From Octopus sinensis (Eukaryota): DNA of 64,000 nt. The stretch spans positions 22,382,001 through 22,446,000 of the forward strand of contig NC_043001.1 in NCBI RefSeq assembly GCF_006345805.1, read 5' to 3'. Shown here one piece after another: positions 41,941-56,407 of the stretch. The position numbers and the translations under genes were made by a program. Each line of letters opens with the position of its first letter. Position 1 is the stretch's first letter. Under the pieces are notes generated by a model. The model saw only the letters and a program-made list of their open reading frames with translations. It was not told the DNA's origin and made no database searches.

Positions 41941-42476
41941 TGAGATGTTTGCCTTGCCTTAACATTTGTTGTCCTCTTTAACAATTATATATTCAAGCGT
42001 GATCATTGCCAGTGCCGCCTAACTGGCTCCCATGCCCATGGCATGTTAAAAGCACCATTCAAGCATGGTCAATGCCGTGCCGGTGGCACGTAAAAAGCAC
42101 TCATTATATTCTTGGAGTGGTTGGCATTAGGAAGGGCATCCAGCTGTAGAAACTCTGTCAGATCAGATTGGAGCCTGGCACAGCCATCTGGGTTGCTAGC
42201 CCTCAGTCAGACCATCCAACCCATGCCAGCATGGAAAGCAGACGTTAAACAACGCCGCCGCGACTGATAATGATGATATCGCCATGTTGAATCGCTAGCT
42301 TCTGCATGCATTTTTTTCTCTCCGCGTTTCTTTTCTGTGTATCTTTCTGTTGAAGAGCGTAGGCTCGAAACGTAAAAGACTTGTTTTATTTATATTCCTG
42401 AGCGCCATACTAATACAATTGTTTGTTTGTACTCCACCTGCCTTCATCTTTTGTTTATTTTCATAAAGCTTCCCGT

Positions 42477-42516
<40 letters not shown>

Positions 42517-45185
42517 ACGGGCTTCATTCAATTTCCATCTATCCTATCTACTCACAAGGTTTTAGAAGACACTTGCACAAGATGCCATGCAGTGGGACTG
42601 AACTTGGAACCATGTGGTTGGGAAGCAAGCTTCTTATCACACAGTCACACCCGCACCTATGTAATTTTAATAATATTCTATTTTCTGTAAAGATAATTGA
42701 CATTTTTTTAAAGACATAAATCTTATATTTTTAAAATCTTCACAAACTGCAGGGATTTTTAAAGATATTTTGTTTGGAAAAAAGTGCCTCTTAAGTGCCG
42801 TCAAATATAGCAATACAAATTTCAAAACAAGTTTATCAATATCTATATCAAGAACTTCCAGTACCCGAATGTCTAGAAATGACACTGCATATCTGAAAGA
42901 TTTAGTAGAATTGTTGTTTTATATAAAAATCCATATTGATTCATTAGCTCTTTGGATTCCATAAAAAGATATATCTCTCCTCTAAAAAGGATATCATCAT
43001 CATCAGCATCATCATTTAACATCCGCTATCCATGCTAGCACGGGTTGGATGATTTGACTGAGGACTAGCGAACCAGATGGCTGCACCAGGCTCCAATCTG
43101 ATCTGGCAGAGTTTCTACAGTTGGATGCCCTTCCTGATGCCAACCACTCCGAGAGTGTAATGGGTGCTTTTACATTCCACCGGCACGAGGACCAGTGAGG
43201 TGGCACTGGCAACGGCCACACTCAAATGGTGCTTTTTATGTGCCACCTGCATAGGAGCCAGTCCAGCAGCACTGGCAACGACCTCGCTCGATTGTTTTTT
43301 CACGTGCCGCCAGCACAAGTGCCAGTAAGGCAACGCTGATAATTACCACACTCGAATGGTGCTTTTTGTGTGCCACCGGCACGGAAGCCAGTTATCTGCT
43401 CTGGCAACGATCATGCTCAGATGGTGCTCTTAACGCTCCACTAGCATGGATGTCAGTCATCGAATTTGATATTTTTTCTGAATCCAGAGCAGATTTTTAA
43501 GATCAAATGTCTAAGCTAACAAACTGTACATCAGTTAAACAATATCCCTACTCCTAAGGACTGGGATCAATGCTTTCAAAAATTAAGTATTTACAGCTCA
43601 AGCAAACATGGGAGCTTCTGTAAAGATTAAAGAGAAATAGAAACAGTAGCCAAATTTCCCCTTAAATCACATCCCATCATCTTAAAAACAATAATATTAC
43701 ATTGGGTAATGTAATATTAGATACATAGCCCTTGAGAAAAATGGGATGGTCATAACTGGAACCCTTTTGATTATAGACCTATTAAATCAAAACTGATCTA
43801 GGAATGAACAGCAGCAAAAAACAACATTGATACAGACAGATGGTGTACGCTAATGACAGTTAAGTCATTTTGCTGGGATACGCTGACATTTTTTTTTAAA
43901 CATAAGCTCCAGTTATCAAATTTGGCCAAGATCCAGGTAGGTGTACCTCATAATCGGTTCTATCTGACATATTTTAGTAGATAGGCAGCAAAAACAGAAA
44001 TGTGAATGTGCTGAGACTTGTACTGAGCTGATTTTATGGTGTTAAGTAAATAAATGCTAAGACCTTCCTGAACAGAACACCATTCTTTCGTAATTAACAA
44101 TTTAAATATTGTATCTGTTCCTGGTAGCTCAGATATTTCTTTTTTTTTTTTTTTTAGCAATTATGAAAATGAGATTGTCAAATAGAATATGGATAAGTAA
44201 GACATCTGTGATGAGAAGTATGATAAATCCTTAGTAGATGAAGCAGTTTGGTGTAACTTTTGTTTGAAAGACAATCACAGCCTCTAAAATCCTGTAATAT
44301 TACAACTTTCTCAAGGTGGTGAGCTGGCAGGATCATTAGCACATCAGGCAAAATGCATAGTGACATTTCGTCTGTTATGGTCTGAATCCAAATTCTTCTG
44401 AGGTCAACCTTGCCTTTCATCCTTTTGGGTTCAATAAAATAAGTACCAGCTGAACACTGGGGTTGATGTTATTGGCCTACTCCTCCCTCGAAGTTGCTGG
44501 CCTTGTGCCAAAATTCGAAATCAGTATTATAACTTTCTTCAAGAACAGGGTAAACGGGCTTGTGACAGTATTCCTTTCTGCTTTGTTAAGCATTATAACT
44601 AGAAGCTTTGGGGTCTCCAGGTGTGCAATTGTTAAACTGATTTCAACCTGGTTTATGAATTTAGTTAAAGGCTCTCTACCTGTTTTGATGATTACAGTGA
44701 AGGACACCTGTATATACCTTCTGTCTTTACCGTTGTAAAATGATGCCTTTATTTGTCAGGTATTTTTAGATGAGTATAAAGAAGATTAACCTTGAAGGTG
44801 AAGATCATAGACAGAAACAGTAGAAGTTGTAATGTTTCCAGTGTTCTTTCTGCTACTGTCATCCAGCAGCTGTTCTTGTTTATCCACCCTGTGTTTACAT
44901 TGCAAGATACTAAAGCATCTTGAAACTCTTTTGGCTGCTTTGTCATCGAGATAGCAGGCAGTTTTGAATGAACAGAAACGTACTCTATTACTCTCATTGT
45001 AGCAACCAGTTTTTCTCAGTATTTGCCATTCCCTGTATATAGGTGAGAGGCTTAATCTACTGACCAGTTTAACATTATAATATGAGTTTCAAGTGCCTTT
45101 AACAAACCCTTCTATCTGAAGCATTCAGTTCATGTCTCCAGGCTAAGGATAACATCTCCTTTCTGCCAATCTCAGAATTTCTTAA

Positions 45186-45395
45186 CCCCTTCATTATTTT
45201 AAGATGCTCTGTGTTCTTTCAATTACTTTAAATATAACAAAGAATTTAATAAAATAACTTAGTTACCATTCAGCTAGTGTTAGGAACATAAATTGTGATT
45301 AAGGTTTGGTGGAAGATTTTAATTCAAAACTTATGAAAATAAAACATTTGTACTCAGAGCCAGAGCTGGTTTCAGTCGGGTTGGTAATGAAAGGG
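45186..45395. mobile_element. piggyBac-type MITE
   Basis: TTAA|CCCCTTCATT ... AATGAAAGGG|TTAA. Confidence 0.88.
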
Positions 45396-47239
45396 TTAAA
45401 AAGGTTGTAAGTGCTGCTTGTTTTTTTAGTAAGCCATTAGAAAAAAAATCAGCATTGGATATGACTTTTGTGATAGAATATTATGTATATTTTTGGTGCA
45501 CTAAACTGAAGCCTTACAACTGCTAATGTTTATATGATGAATGTAATCAAATTTTTTTGACAAATATAAAGTCAGACTTTGCTTATAGTTCTATCAGCAT
45601 CTCCACTCAATAATATTTTTGTCGTATAAACTATTAAGACCACCTATGATATACTATTTTAATTGCTATCATAAATGAGGAGAGATCTTGGAAACTTTCC
45701 CATGTGCTAGAATGTACTTTCTCAGTTAGGTGAAATGATAAACCAAGTTGTAATTTATCATGAGAATGTCCAAGTGGGAAAGTTTGTAATTTGAAACCCA
45801 CCTAGAGAGTTTTCATCTCTCTTCACCTTTCCAAAACAAGTAGTGAGTGTAATTAATTTCATGCTCTGTTAGTAGGACTTGCTGAATAAAATGTAGTTTA
45901 TTCAAGAAGATATAATGATGTTAAGATACGGCGAAATACCGAAGGTTATGCAATCATGCATAAATGATCATTAAGTTTACTGCTTTTAAGTTGTTTTTAC
46001 CTTTCTTTGCTTTATTTTCTTGCTACATGTTTCCTTTCTCAAGCATACACTTAAAAAAATACAAGAGATCACCATTTTTATATTATCAAAGTTAACCAAA
46101 CATATAAGGATTAGTACTGTGATCAATGTGCCCATACCAACTAAATGAGAATACAAGAAATAGAAATATTATCAAAATATAAGGACCAGGAAATCCATAT
46201 CATAAGAATGTGGAAGATATTTCAAGCACTGAAATTTTTATCACGCTAGGATTAAAATCTGTGGTTAAAACAGAGTTGCTTTTTACTCTCACACCTTTCT
46301 TGACAGGTACTTTGAGAGACAACACAAAATCAATATTTTAAAAGTATTTTTTATTGGAAAGTAACAATGCATTAGATTTATCTCTGCTAAGTAATTTGAT
46401 TTTGATAATACCAGAGGACCAAGGTGGCAAGCTGACACAATCATTAGCACACCAGGCGAAATGCTTAGCGGTATTTCACCTGTTGCTACGTTCTTAGTTC
46501 AAATTCCACCAAGGTTGACTTTGCCTTTCATCTTTTCACGGTCGATAAATTAAGTAACAGTGAAACACTGGGGTCAATATAATCAACTGTCCCACTCCTC
46601 CAAATTTCAGGCTTTGTGCCTATAGTAGAAAGGATAATACTGGAGGACCTGCAATCAGTTCATTAATTTCTAAGTAAATCCAAAATAATTCAGTTAGTCT
46701 TACTCTTCTGAAACAAACTTCCACCAGCTCCTACAGAAAAAAAAACAGAAGATTCTTCATCATCATCATTATCATCATTTAAGATCTGCCTTCCATGCTG
46801 GCATGTGTTGGAGAGTTTGACAGGAGCCAACCAAGCAGGAGCTTGCACCAGACATCTGTGTCTGTTTTGGCAGGATTTTTACAGCTGGATGCCCTTCCTA
46901 ACACCAACCACTCAGCAGAGTGGACTGAGAGCTTTTTACATGGCACAAGCACAGGCAAGGTCAGTTTTAGCAAGGCTTTTACAGCTGGATGCCCTTCCAA
47001 ACGCCAACTGTGGACTGGATACTTTTTACATGACATCAGCACCAAGTAACTTGCAAGACAAAGATCTTTCATATTTATCAAATTCAAATCTCTTTTGAAA
47101 CTGAAGTACATTTTGCTTGTTTTAGGACAAGGTTACGAAACTTACAGGAGTTATAGCTCATTTTAAGATGGCAATTTACCTAGATGGAATGCAGTTCAAC
47201 ATTAAACCTAGAAGCAGTACTGATTCAATCTTCTTTGAT

Positions 47240-48120
47240 AGGTAACTGTAGGAGAAGTACTTAACCTGGCATAAGCCACTCTACATCATATTTGTTGACC
47301 AGATGGTGCTTTAATCAAGCTGTGATGTGCTTATTGGTGAAACTAGGATTACACACTTGGATTTTGCTGATGATGCAGTTATTCTTGCTGAGTCTCTGGG
47401 TGTCTTAAGGACCACACTCCTTTCACAGAGTGAGGAAGTGGAACCATTTGCCTTAGAGGTTTTTTTATGTGAAAACAAAGATCCATTCTCTTGTTAGCTT
47501 ACTGGGAAACTCAATTTCATCTGTCTCTCTTACAGGTGAGAATGTTGAAGTTGTTGACTGCTTCTCTTATCTTTGCAGTGTGATCCATAGCAGCATTAGC
47601 TGTGAGTCTAAAGTCTTAAAAAGACTTGAACATGTTGGTACAGTTGTGAACTGACTGGGCAAGGAAGTTTGGCATTGCCAATATCTGAGCAAGAGAACTA
47701 AGGTTTGTGTCTTCAGGTTTCTGATCCTCTCTGTCTTGTAGCAAGACTATGACACTATCTGAGGCCCTTAGGAGCCACCTGAACTCCTTTAGTACCAGGA
47801 CACTTTGCAAGATTATGGCTTACCATTGCTCAGATTTTGTACACAACCAACTATTCTACTCAGAAAATGAAAGGCATCTTGTTACTTGCATGCTTTGAGA
47901 GTAGCAGCTCAAACTGTTTTGTCATGTTGCTCAATCTTCTTTGTTGGAACCTGCCTATTGAGTTCTCTTCTTTGAGGATATTACTTGAGTGACAGCTCAT
48001 GTTGGTCAATACCACATGCTCATGACTGATGACGAATTATCTTGCAGAGATGGAGAATGAGGGTTGCCTGGAACAACCCAAGCAAATACTGACAAATGGT
48101 GGATACAGCAATGCACTGAA
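47240..48120 (+). mobile_element. Old LINE (RTE-like) RT fragment
   Basis: HLDFADDAVILAESL near 47355 and VEVVDCFSYLCSVI downstream. Confidence 0.7.
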
Positions 48121-48229
48121 ATGGAGCATGCTTCCATATGTAACCTAATGTTGAGTTAGATGCATGGCTTATGAAAGCCATACAAGCCATGCTCAGAGGC
48201 ACAGGTCAGTCATGGGTTCAGCAATGAAC

Positions 48230-50170
48230 TTAATATTTAAGTAGGGAGTTCATCAGAACTCTGTCCTCAGCTCCTTTCAGTTCATTATTATGCTCCCAGT
48301 CATAACAGAGGAATTAAAACCAGCTAGCTGTCTGATGGCCATCCTAAAACTGAATCACAAATGGATTTAAAGAAGAACTTCCAACTGGAGCAGCAAAAGC
48401 TAGAATTGAGAGGTTTCAAAACTAACTTAGTAAAAAAGTATTAGTAAGTAGGAAAGAAAATAGGACCTTATGATCATTAGGGAAATGGCCATACCTAATA
48501 TGCAGAAAAGGAGCTGGTAGAAATTCCATATAGTGTAGCCAGTGTAGACTACAGACACAAGAGATTCAGTGTGAATACAGAGAAAGGACACTTCATATGT
48601 GACAGGTGCATGGGAACAATAAGTGCTAAGAGCTCACTGAAAATTATTCTAACAAATGCTTGGAAGGTTTTTTTAGAAGAACTTTAGCTTTTGATGTTCA
48701 AGTGATTTTAGTAACAGAGCAGGTGGATGTTCTAAAAGCATTGAAGCTGGAGTGAGAATGGGATGGAAACTGTTCAGTGAACTTCTATCTTAACTGGTAA
48801 CAAAGGCTTCTTCTGAAGGAAGGAAGCGCAGGTTGCACAATCATCATCATCAGCATCGTTTAACATCTGCTTTCCATGCTAGCATGGGTTGGACGATTTT
48901 GACTGAGGGCTGGCAAACCAGATGGCTGCACCAGACTCCAGTCTGATCTGGCAGAGTTTCTACAGCTGGATGCCCTTCCTAATGCCAACCACTCCGAGAT
49001 TGTAGTGGGTGCTTTTTACGTGCCACTGGCATGGGGGCCAGTCAGGCAGTACTGGCAGTGACCTCACTCGAATCTTCTTACACATTCCACTGGCACAGGT
49101 GCCAGTAAGGCAACGCTGGTAACGATCGCACTCGAATGGTGCCCTTTTATGTGCCACAGACACGAAAGCCAGTTGGCTGCTCTGGCAACAATCACGCTCG
49201 GCTGGTGCTCTTGGCACCCTACTAGCACGGGCACAAGTGCCAGTAAGGCGATGCTGGTAACAATCACACTCGAATGGTGCCTTTTATGTGCCACTGGCAT
49301 GGAAGCCGGTTAGCCGCTCTGTCAACGATCACACTTGTATGGTGCTCTTTGCACCCTGCTAACACAGATGCCAGTCATCGAATTTGATTTTGATTTTGAT
49401 ATATTAATACACAGTGTGATATGAAGGCACATGGCTTAGTGATTAGTGTATTTAACTCATGATCATAAGATCATAAGTTCAATTTTCAGTAGTGTGTTGT
49501 GTCCTTGAGCAAGAATTTTATTTCACATTGCTCCAGCCAACTCAGCTGGCAAAAATGAGTAGTACCTGTTTCTTTATTACCCACAAGGGGCTAAACATAG
49601 AGGGGACAAACAAACAGATTAAGTTGATTACATCGACCCCAGTGCATAACTGGTACTTAATTTATTGACCCTGAAAGGATGAAAGGCAGACGAAAAATGA
49701 GTAGTACCTGTAGTTCAAAAGGTCACTCTTGTCACATTCTGTGTGTCACGCTGAAGATCCCTGAGAACTACATTAAAGGTACAAGTGTCTGTGGAGTGCT
49801 CAGCCATTTGCATGCTAATTTTACAAGCAGGCTGTTCCATTGATCGAATCAACTGGAACACTTATTGTAACTGACAGGATGTCTAACCACAAACTGTGAT
49901 GCTGCATACTGATGAGATGCAAACCTGGAATGCAGAGGACTAGCAAAATCTAGGAAGAAACAAAGCCAGCATGCTTTGCCGGATGTGTAATGTTAGGGTA
50001 CGTGAATGATGGTTTGTAAAAGAGTTGAAAGAAAAACTGGATGTTAGAGGAATCAGATGTAGTGTGCAAGAAAGAAGACTGTGCTGGTACAGGCCTGTGA
50101 TGTGTAAAGAGAAAGGAAGCTGGATAAAGAAGTGTCAGATGCTGAAAGTGAATAGAACTTACATTATAAT
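48230..50170 (+). mobile_element. Heavily decayed RTE fragment split by RTE-UTR and SINE insertions
   Basis: Remnant VGVHQ-like, RNSI-C and LDVRGIRCSVQERRL segments similar to 13600-14500. Confidence 0.55.
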
Positions 50171-52901
50171 ATCTATAATGAACTTATTGTAGTTCTCAGG
50201 TGCACTACAACTCATTAGTAAAAGTGACCAAAACTGCATGAACAGTATATAGAATATGCACAGGAAGTGAACAGTGAATCACAAAAAAAAAAAAAGAGAG
50301 AAATGGTGAAAGAGGTTCCATTTACAAAGAAAGACTTGGTAAAAGGCGGCAAGCTGGCAAAAACTTTAGCGCTCCAGGTGAAATGCTTAGCAGTATTCCG
50401 CTGAGGTCGACTTTGCCTTTCATCCATTCGGGGTCGATAAATTAAGTACCAGTTACGCACTGGGGTCAATATAATCGACTTAATCCGTTTGTCTGTCCTT
50501 GTTTGTCCCTTCTGTGTTTAACCCCTTGTGGGTAGTAAAAGAAATAGGTATTTCATCTGCCGTTACGTTCTGAGTTCAAATTTCACCAAGGTCGACTTTG
50601 CCTTTCATCCTTTCGGGTTTGATAAATTAAGTACCAGTTATGCACTGGGGTCGATGTAATCAACTTAATCCCTTTGTCTGTCCTAGTTTGTCCCCTCTGT
50701 GTTTAGCCCCGTGTGGGCAATAAAGAAATAAGAAAGACTTGGAATGAAATTTTGAAGACAGATCTCAAGAGTTACATCTCATGAAAGAAATGTCAAAGAG
50801 GAGTGTTGATTGGTGTTATAAGGACCGCCTACCATGGAAAAGACCCCAACATTAGTGCAAACAGGGCTAGAGAAATGTTATAAATAAAGATTGAAAGGTA
50901 TAAGCTATGTTTGTGTATGTGCATGTATGAATGTGTGTGGGAGAGAGAGAGAGAAAAAAAAAGAAAGTGAAAGAAAGAGAGAGCATGAGTGTGCGTGGTG
51001 TATGTACTGTGAAACCTACTTTTGTTGCCTCCCCTGCATTTTGACACCCCCTTATCTCCCATTTCACTCCTTTCTCTGTCTCCTTATCTCAGTCATTCAT
51101 CTCACTATTACTCACTGCTCATGCAATGACAGATGGAACAGAATCCTCCCTCATTTTATCTCCTACTACCATTCTGGTCACTGTAGTTCCCCTACCCACC
51201 ACGAGATCTATGTATGAGATTGCATTGAACTTGTTCTCAATATGCTCTACATTCACCCTCTCTATACTAACAATCATCTATCTCTCTCTCATCTAAATCA
51301 CTCTGTTTCTACCATTACACTCTTGCTCCTTTCATCCATCCATCCATCCTCACTTTTCTATTATCATTGCTCTCTCTCTCTCTCTCCTATTATTTCTTTG
51401 ATTATGTTGCCCAGAGCATTCATATCTATCTCAGAGTACTGAGTACCATTTTACTCTGTTAGGGTACCAGGAAATTCTTTTAGCATTGATGTCACTTTTT
51501 AAAAGGGTTGGAGAATGAGCAGAGAAGTATAAGCTCAAGAAGACCCTTTAACCTTGCTTTATGGGGGATATAACAATCTTTCAAATGTTGATGACATGAT
51601 GGCAGGGTCACATTTATGTATGGACCAATATGGGTCATGGCCCAGGGATTTCTTTACTCAGAGAAGCCAAAAGCTTGGAGTTATATATAAAAAAATATAC
51701 TTACAGCAATCAAATAAATAATTTGTAACATTTTTTTCACTTGTATAAATTTTTAAAAATCCAATTGTGTTTTTTTTTAATTATCAAGCCTCTTTTATTT
51801 ATAAGGGTCCTTTTTGAGACTCTTTTAAGTTTTGTGGCCTCTTAAAACTGTTTGAGATTCTCTTTATTATCGTATTATATTTTGAACTTGCTCACCTTTA
51901 AGTAATGCCTTTTTAAATTGTTGCCAGAGCATCCGTACTGGTGGCACGTAAAAGGCACCATTCAAGCATGATTGTTACAAGCATCGCCTTACTGGCATGT
52001 GAAAAAACATTTGAGCAAGGTCGTTGCCAGTGCCGCTGGACTGGCTCCTGTGCAGGTGGCATGTAAAAAACACCATTTAAGCATGGCTGTTGCCAGTACT
52101 GCCTGATTGGCCCTCATGCCCATGGCACATAAAAGCACCCACTACACTCTCAGAGTGGTTGGCGTTAGGAAGGGCATCTAGCTGTAGAAGCTCTGCCAGA
52201 TCAGATTGGAACCTGGCGCAGCCATCTGGTTCGCCAATCCTCAGTCAAATCGTCCAACCCATGCTAGTATGGAAAGCAGATGTTAAACGATGATGATGAA
52301 TATTGAAAATATATTTCCTCCTGAAAATAAGTTCTGAAAACATTTACAAAATCGTAAGGATTCCCCAAACCAAGTACGCAAGGGCCCCACTTTATAGGAT
52401 GCACTCTGTAAAGAGTTGACAGAAAGTGTGAAGAAAGCAGAGGGTTGACAGAATTTGTTGCAAGCTCATGTTATGCTGTTATGCATAGTTGTTTATAAGT
52501 TAGCTGTGCTGCATGTTATTCATACATGACAAATGCAAACAGAATAGAATATATTTATTTTAAGGTCTATTGTACATATTTATATATAATTTCTAATGAT
52601 TGCTGGAGATGTGGGAGGTTAGAACTGAGCTTCATGAAACTAATATCAAGGCTTGAGAAATTGGAAAGACTTGGCCTGAAATTAGGAAGAATTCTTCTTG
52701 CTTCTAGCTGGATTCAGCACAGGAAACTGGACACTGTAATTGGCTAATTGCTTCATTAAGGCAGCTGTGGACTCTGCATGTGTGCTTGCTTTTGGTGAGA
52801 TGTCAGGATGTGTGTTCTCTGGTAGCTTTCTCAACATCTACAGTTGTCGTTGTTGAGAAAGCTACCACCGAAAATATGGGAACCTGAAGAACATTGTAGA
52901 T

Positions 52902-53516
52902 CAGTGGTTCTCAACTGGAGCCCACATAAGATTTTGTTCTTAAAATTTATTTGCAATAAATTGGTATTACTTCTACAATACACAAAATATTTTGATATAT
53001 TTTTTTAATACAATTCCTTATATCTCTATATAAAAAGCTGAAGTTGTCTGTGTATAGCAGGTTTGGTAACCTTCAACTAACACCATCTCCTCCGAGACCC
53101 TGCGGTGCAAGTTGACCAAAATTGAGAGTATGATAGAAGAAGGCTTGCTCTTCCTACTGTTGACAAAAAAATTCAAATTGGACCATGTTAACACCAAAAA
53201 TTATTTATATCAAAAAGATGCTTTTTTTTCTATGAAAATCCCTATTTCTTACGATTTTTTTACTGTGTCGTCATTTTTTGGTGTATTTCAACCAGAAAAA
53301 TGTTCACTTAAAGAGAATAACAAGCTACATAATGCAAAATTTTTACTTTTCAAAAATTCCAATTCTAAAGGGTCGAAACAAACCCAAGCAATACTGCTAG
53401 TAATATTTAATTACGAAAATATGAGATTTTTTTGTAACATCGAATGGCTATGAGGGTCCAGTAGAGTAAAATAGGAATCAAAGGATTCCATAGGTAAAAA
53501 GTGTTGAGAACTACTG
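52902..53516. mobile_element. hAT MITE with nested Helitron
   Basis: TIRs CAGTGGTTCTCAAC / GTTGAGAACTACTG; 8-bp TSD ttgtagat/ttatagat. Confidence 0.82.
53023..53400 (+). mobile_element. Non-autonomous Helitron
   Basis: A|TC ... CTAG|T; subterminal hairpin deleted. Confidence 0.78.
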
Positions 53517-54655
53517 TTATAGATGATGTTCATGGTATTACTTGATATTGCTGCAAACCAATTTGTTGATGATCAGAACATGCTGCATAATTTGAGCATG
53601 GTTTATGCGTGGTATGGATCTTGCAATTGAAAATCTGGGGTTCACTTCTAAGTCTCACTACAAACTCCTTGATCCAGTCTTGCTGAGGACACGACAGCCT
53701 CTTTAGATCTGGTGCCATAATAAAATGTATTCTGTGCACTCTGTAAAGTGGATAGTAATGGGAAGGTTATCCAGCCATTGAAATCAAGCTGGAAACAAAA
53801 CATATGATCCTCTGACTTGTTTACGTGAAACAGTGGCTCCAGTTAGAAATGTCTTGGACTATCGAAATTAAATTCGATGACTGGCATCTGTGCTAGTGGA
53901 ACGCTAAGAGCAACATCCGAGTGTGATCGTTGCCAGAGCAGCTAACTGGCTTCCGTGCTGGTGGCATATATAAAAAGCACCATTTGAGCATGATCGTTAC
54001 CAGTGTCGCCTTACTGGCACTTGTGCCGGTGGTACGTGAAAAAACATTCAAGTGAGGTTGTTGCCAGTGCTGCTGGACTGGCTCCTGTGCAGGTGGCACG
54101 TAAAAAACACCATTTGAGCATGGCTGTTGCCAGTACCGCCTGACTGGCCCCCGTGCCGGTGGTACATAAAAAGCACCCACTACACTCTCAGAGTGGTTGG
54201 CATTGGGAAGGGCATCCAGCTGTAGAAGCTCTGCCAGAACAAGATTGGAGCCTGGTGCAGCAATCTGGTTCGCTGGTCCTCAGTCAAATCATCCAACCCA
54301 TGCTAGCATGGAAAGCAGATGTTAAATGATGATAAGGATGATGATGATGTAACAAACTGTGACAGTATGGAAATTAGACATAAAATGACGATATATATAT
54401 GTATGTATATGGTTGAGTTCTCAAATAATACCTTTATCACATATCTGTCTTATCATTCATCTCAATCACTCATGTTCCTCTTCAGAATGAGATAATACTT
54501 CAGCTCCCAACAATTACAAGCCCTCTATGTATATGGTTCAAAATCCACAATGAACAATTGCTCTCACATCTGGAATGAAGCTGTCGCTCCATGCACAGAT
54601 ATCTTAGGTTGCATCCAAACAGAATATTGGTCAAACTAGCTCCTTGAATATTTAA

Positions 54656-54875
54656 CCCTTTCGTTACTGTATTTATTTTGAGATGCTCTGTGTTTCTTTC
54701 AATTACTTTAGATATAACATAGAATTTAGTAAAATGACTTAGCTATCATTCAGCTTGTGTTAGGAACATAAATTGTGACTAAAGTTTGGTGGAAGATTTT
54801 AATTCAAAACTTATGAAAACAAGACATTTGTACTCAGAGCCAGAGCCAGTTTCAGTTGGGTTGGTAACGGAAGGG
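54656..54875. mobile_element. piggyBac-type MITE
   Basis: TTAA|CCCTTTCGTTAC ... GTAACGGAAGGG|TTAA. Confidence 0.9.
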
Positions 54876-55009
54876 TTAACATTTTCACTATAAAAATAAT
54901 TACATTTTTACATATAATTGATAAAATTTTTTAATGCGGTTGACCTTTGAATTAAACAAGATTCCCTGCCCTTAATCTCTACTCTAGAAGGCATTATCTT
55001 ACACAGACC

Positions 55010-55895
55010 ATAGGAATTTGTGGTGAAAACATTTTTCAGACCAGAGTTTCAGAAAATTCACACTGGTTGGCTTTGTTTCTTCATATCTTTCAGAAAAGTT
55101 GGTACTTTTAAATGAAATTTTATACTAATACCTGCCAGAGTGTGTAGATTAGAATATGTGAATTTAATACAAAAAAGAAAATTGGTGGTCTTGTATATAT
55201 ACATATTGACATATTTCAAAATTTTATTTCTAAATTTCAAATTTCATTTTGTAGGTATATGTGATTTGTAAGTATGTGTGTGTATGAGCTGATCAATTTT
55301 GTTTTTCCTATTAAATTTCACAGAATTAATGGTAAACTTATAGGGTTATTTCTGAAAACTTTATCCCAAAACCCCGAGGGCGTAGCCTGTATCAAAAGAT
55401 AGTTGCTCATCTGCAAATCATTGAAAAGTGAAAGAAACTGGTATATGATGATTACTTTATGCACTGCACAATTTTATAGACTTAATGCATACCACTCTTC
55501 CTATTTGCCTTACCCTCTTTTTCTCTCCATTTTCTTTTGCTTTTCGCTTTCCCTTCAACTAATCACATGAAAGTGTTACAGACGGACAATATAACGGAGA
55601 AAAAAATAACTTAGTTAAAAAGCGAAATTACACATTTCACTCACCACCATCTTTCCCTTCCCTCCCCTTAAACTAATTACGTGGAAGCGTTACGGACGGG
55701 CTAAGGAACAGAGTGACAAGCAGGATTATTATAAGATTTACACACTCTGAGAGGTAATTGTAGAAAATTGAAACATTGCCAATTTTATTAAAATATATAC
55801 ATTTTCCTGAAAGATATGAGGAAACAAAGCCGACCAGTGTGAATTTTCCGAAACTCCTCTCCCCATCCTCGGAAAAATATTTTCACCATAAATTC
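55010..55895. repeat. Long degenerate inverted repeat (arms about 55010-55150 and 55735-55895)
   Basis: For example AAAATTCACACTGGTTGGCTTTGTTTCTTCATATCTTTCAG versus CTGAAAGATATGAGGAAACAAAGCCGACCAGTGTGAATTTT. Confidence 0.75.
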
Positions 55896-56407
55896 CGATA
55901 TAATCGGAATCTACACCATCTGAAGTATATTTGTAGTAAATTTCGTTAAAAAAAATACCCAGTCTTCAGCAATTTATGAGGAAACAAACTCGAGCAGAGA
56001 GCACACTTGTGTAGGTATGCTGTAATTCGATTATATTGCTTGTAATCAAAGGGTCATATTTTTTCGCGGATATCCAGTACAGTTCCAGATCAAAATGCCG
56101 TGCATTTTCCTCCCCTTACATTCAGAATCTAAATCAGTTTGGGCAAAACTGCAGTCGGGGAACTTTCTGAATGGCACATCTTTTTGGGGCGGAGTTCTGC
56201 TTTTACCCTGATTTAAATACTTCCAATTTTCGCTAGCATTACCTTCACTTTCACATCTGAAAACGATCAAATAAATATTTTTTTGTGAAACAGACGATTA
56301 TATCAGTAGTTCCGGCATGTACTTTGTCAGGGAACGCTTACACGATTTTCCGGAGAACTAAGAAAAATAAGACTTTAAAATTGATGAAGGGAAATAATTT
56401 ATTCTTA

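Noticed and set aside
53112-53453. 113-aa ORF MTKIESMIEEGLL..., repeated at 56285-56879
   Set aside because: Lies within the non-autonomous Helitron; stops and frames differ between copies.
56046-56270. 74-aa minus-strand ORF as a possible divergent neighbour of RPL27A
   Set aside because: No recognisable domain, and it adjoins repeat sequence.
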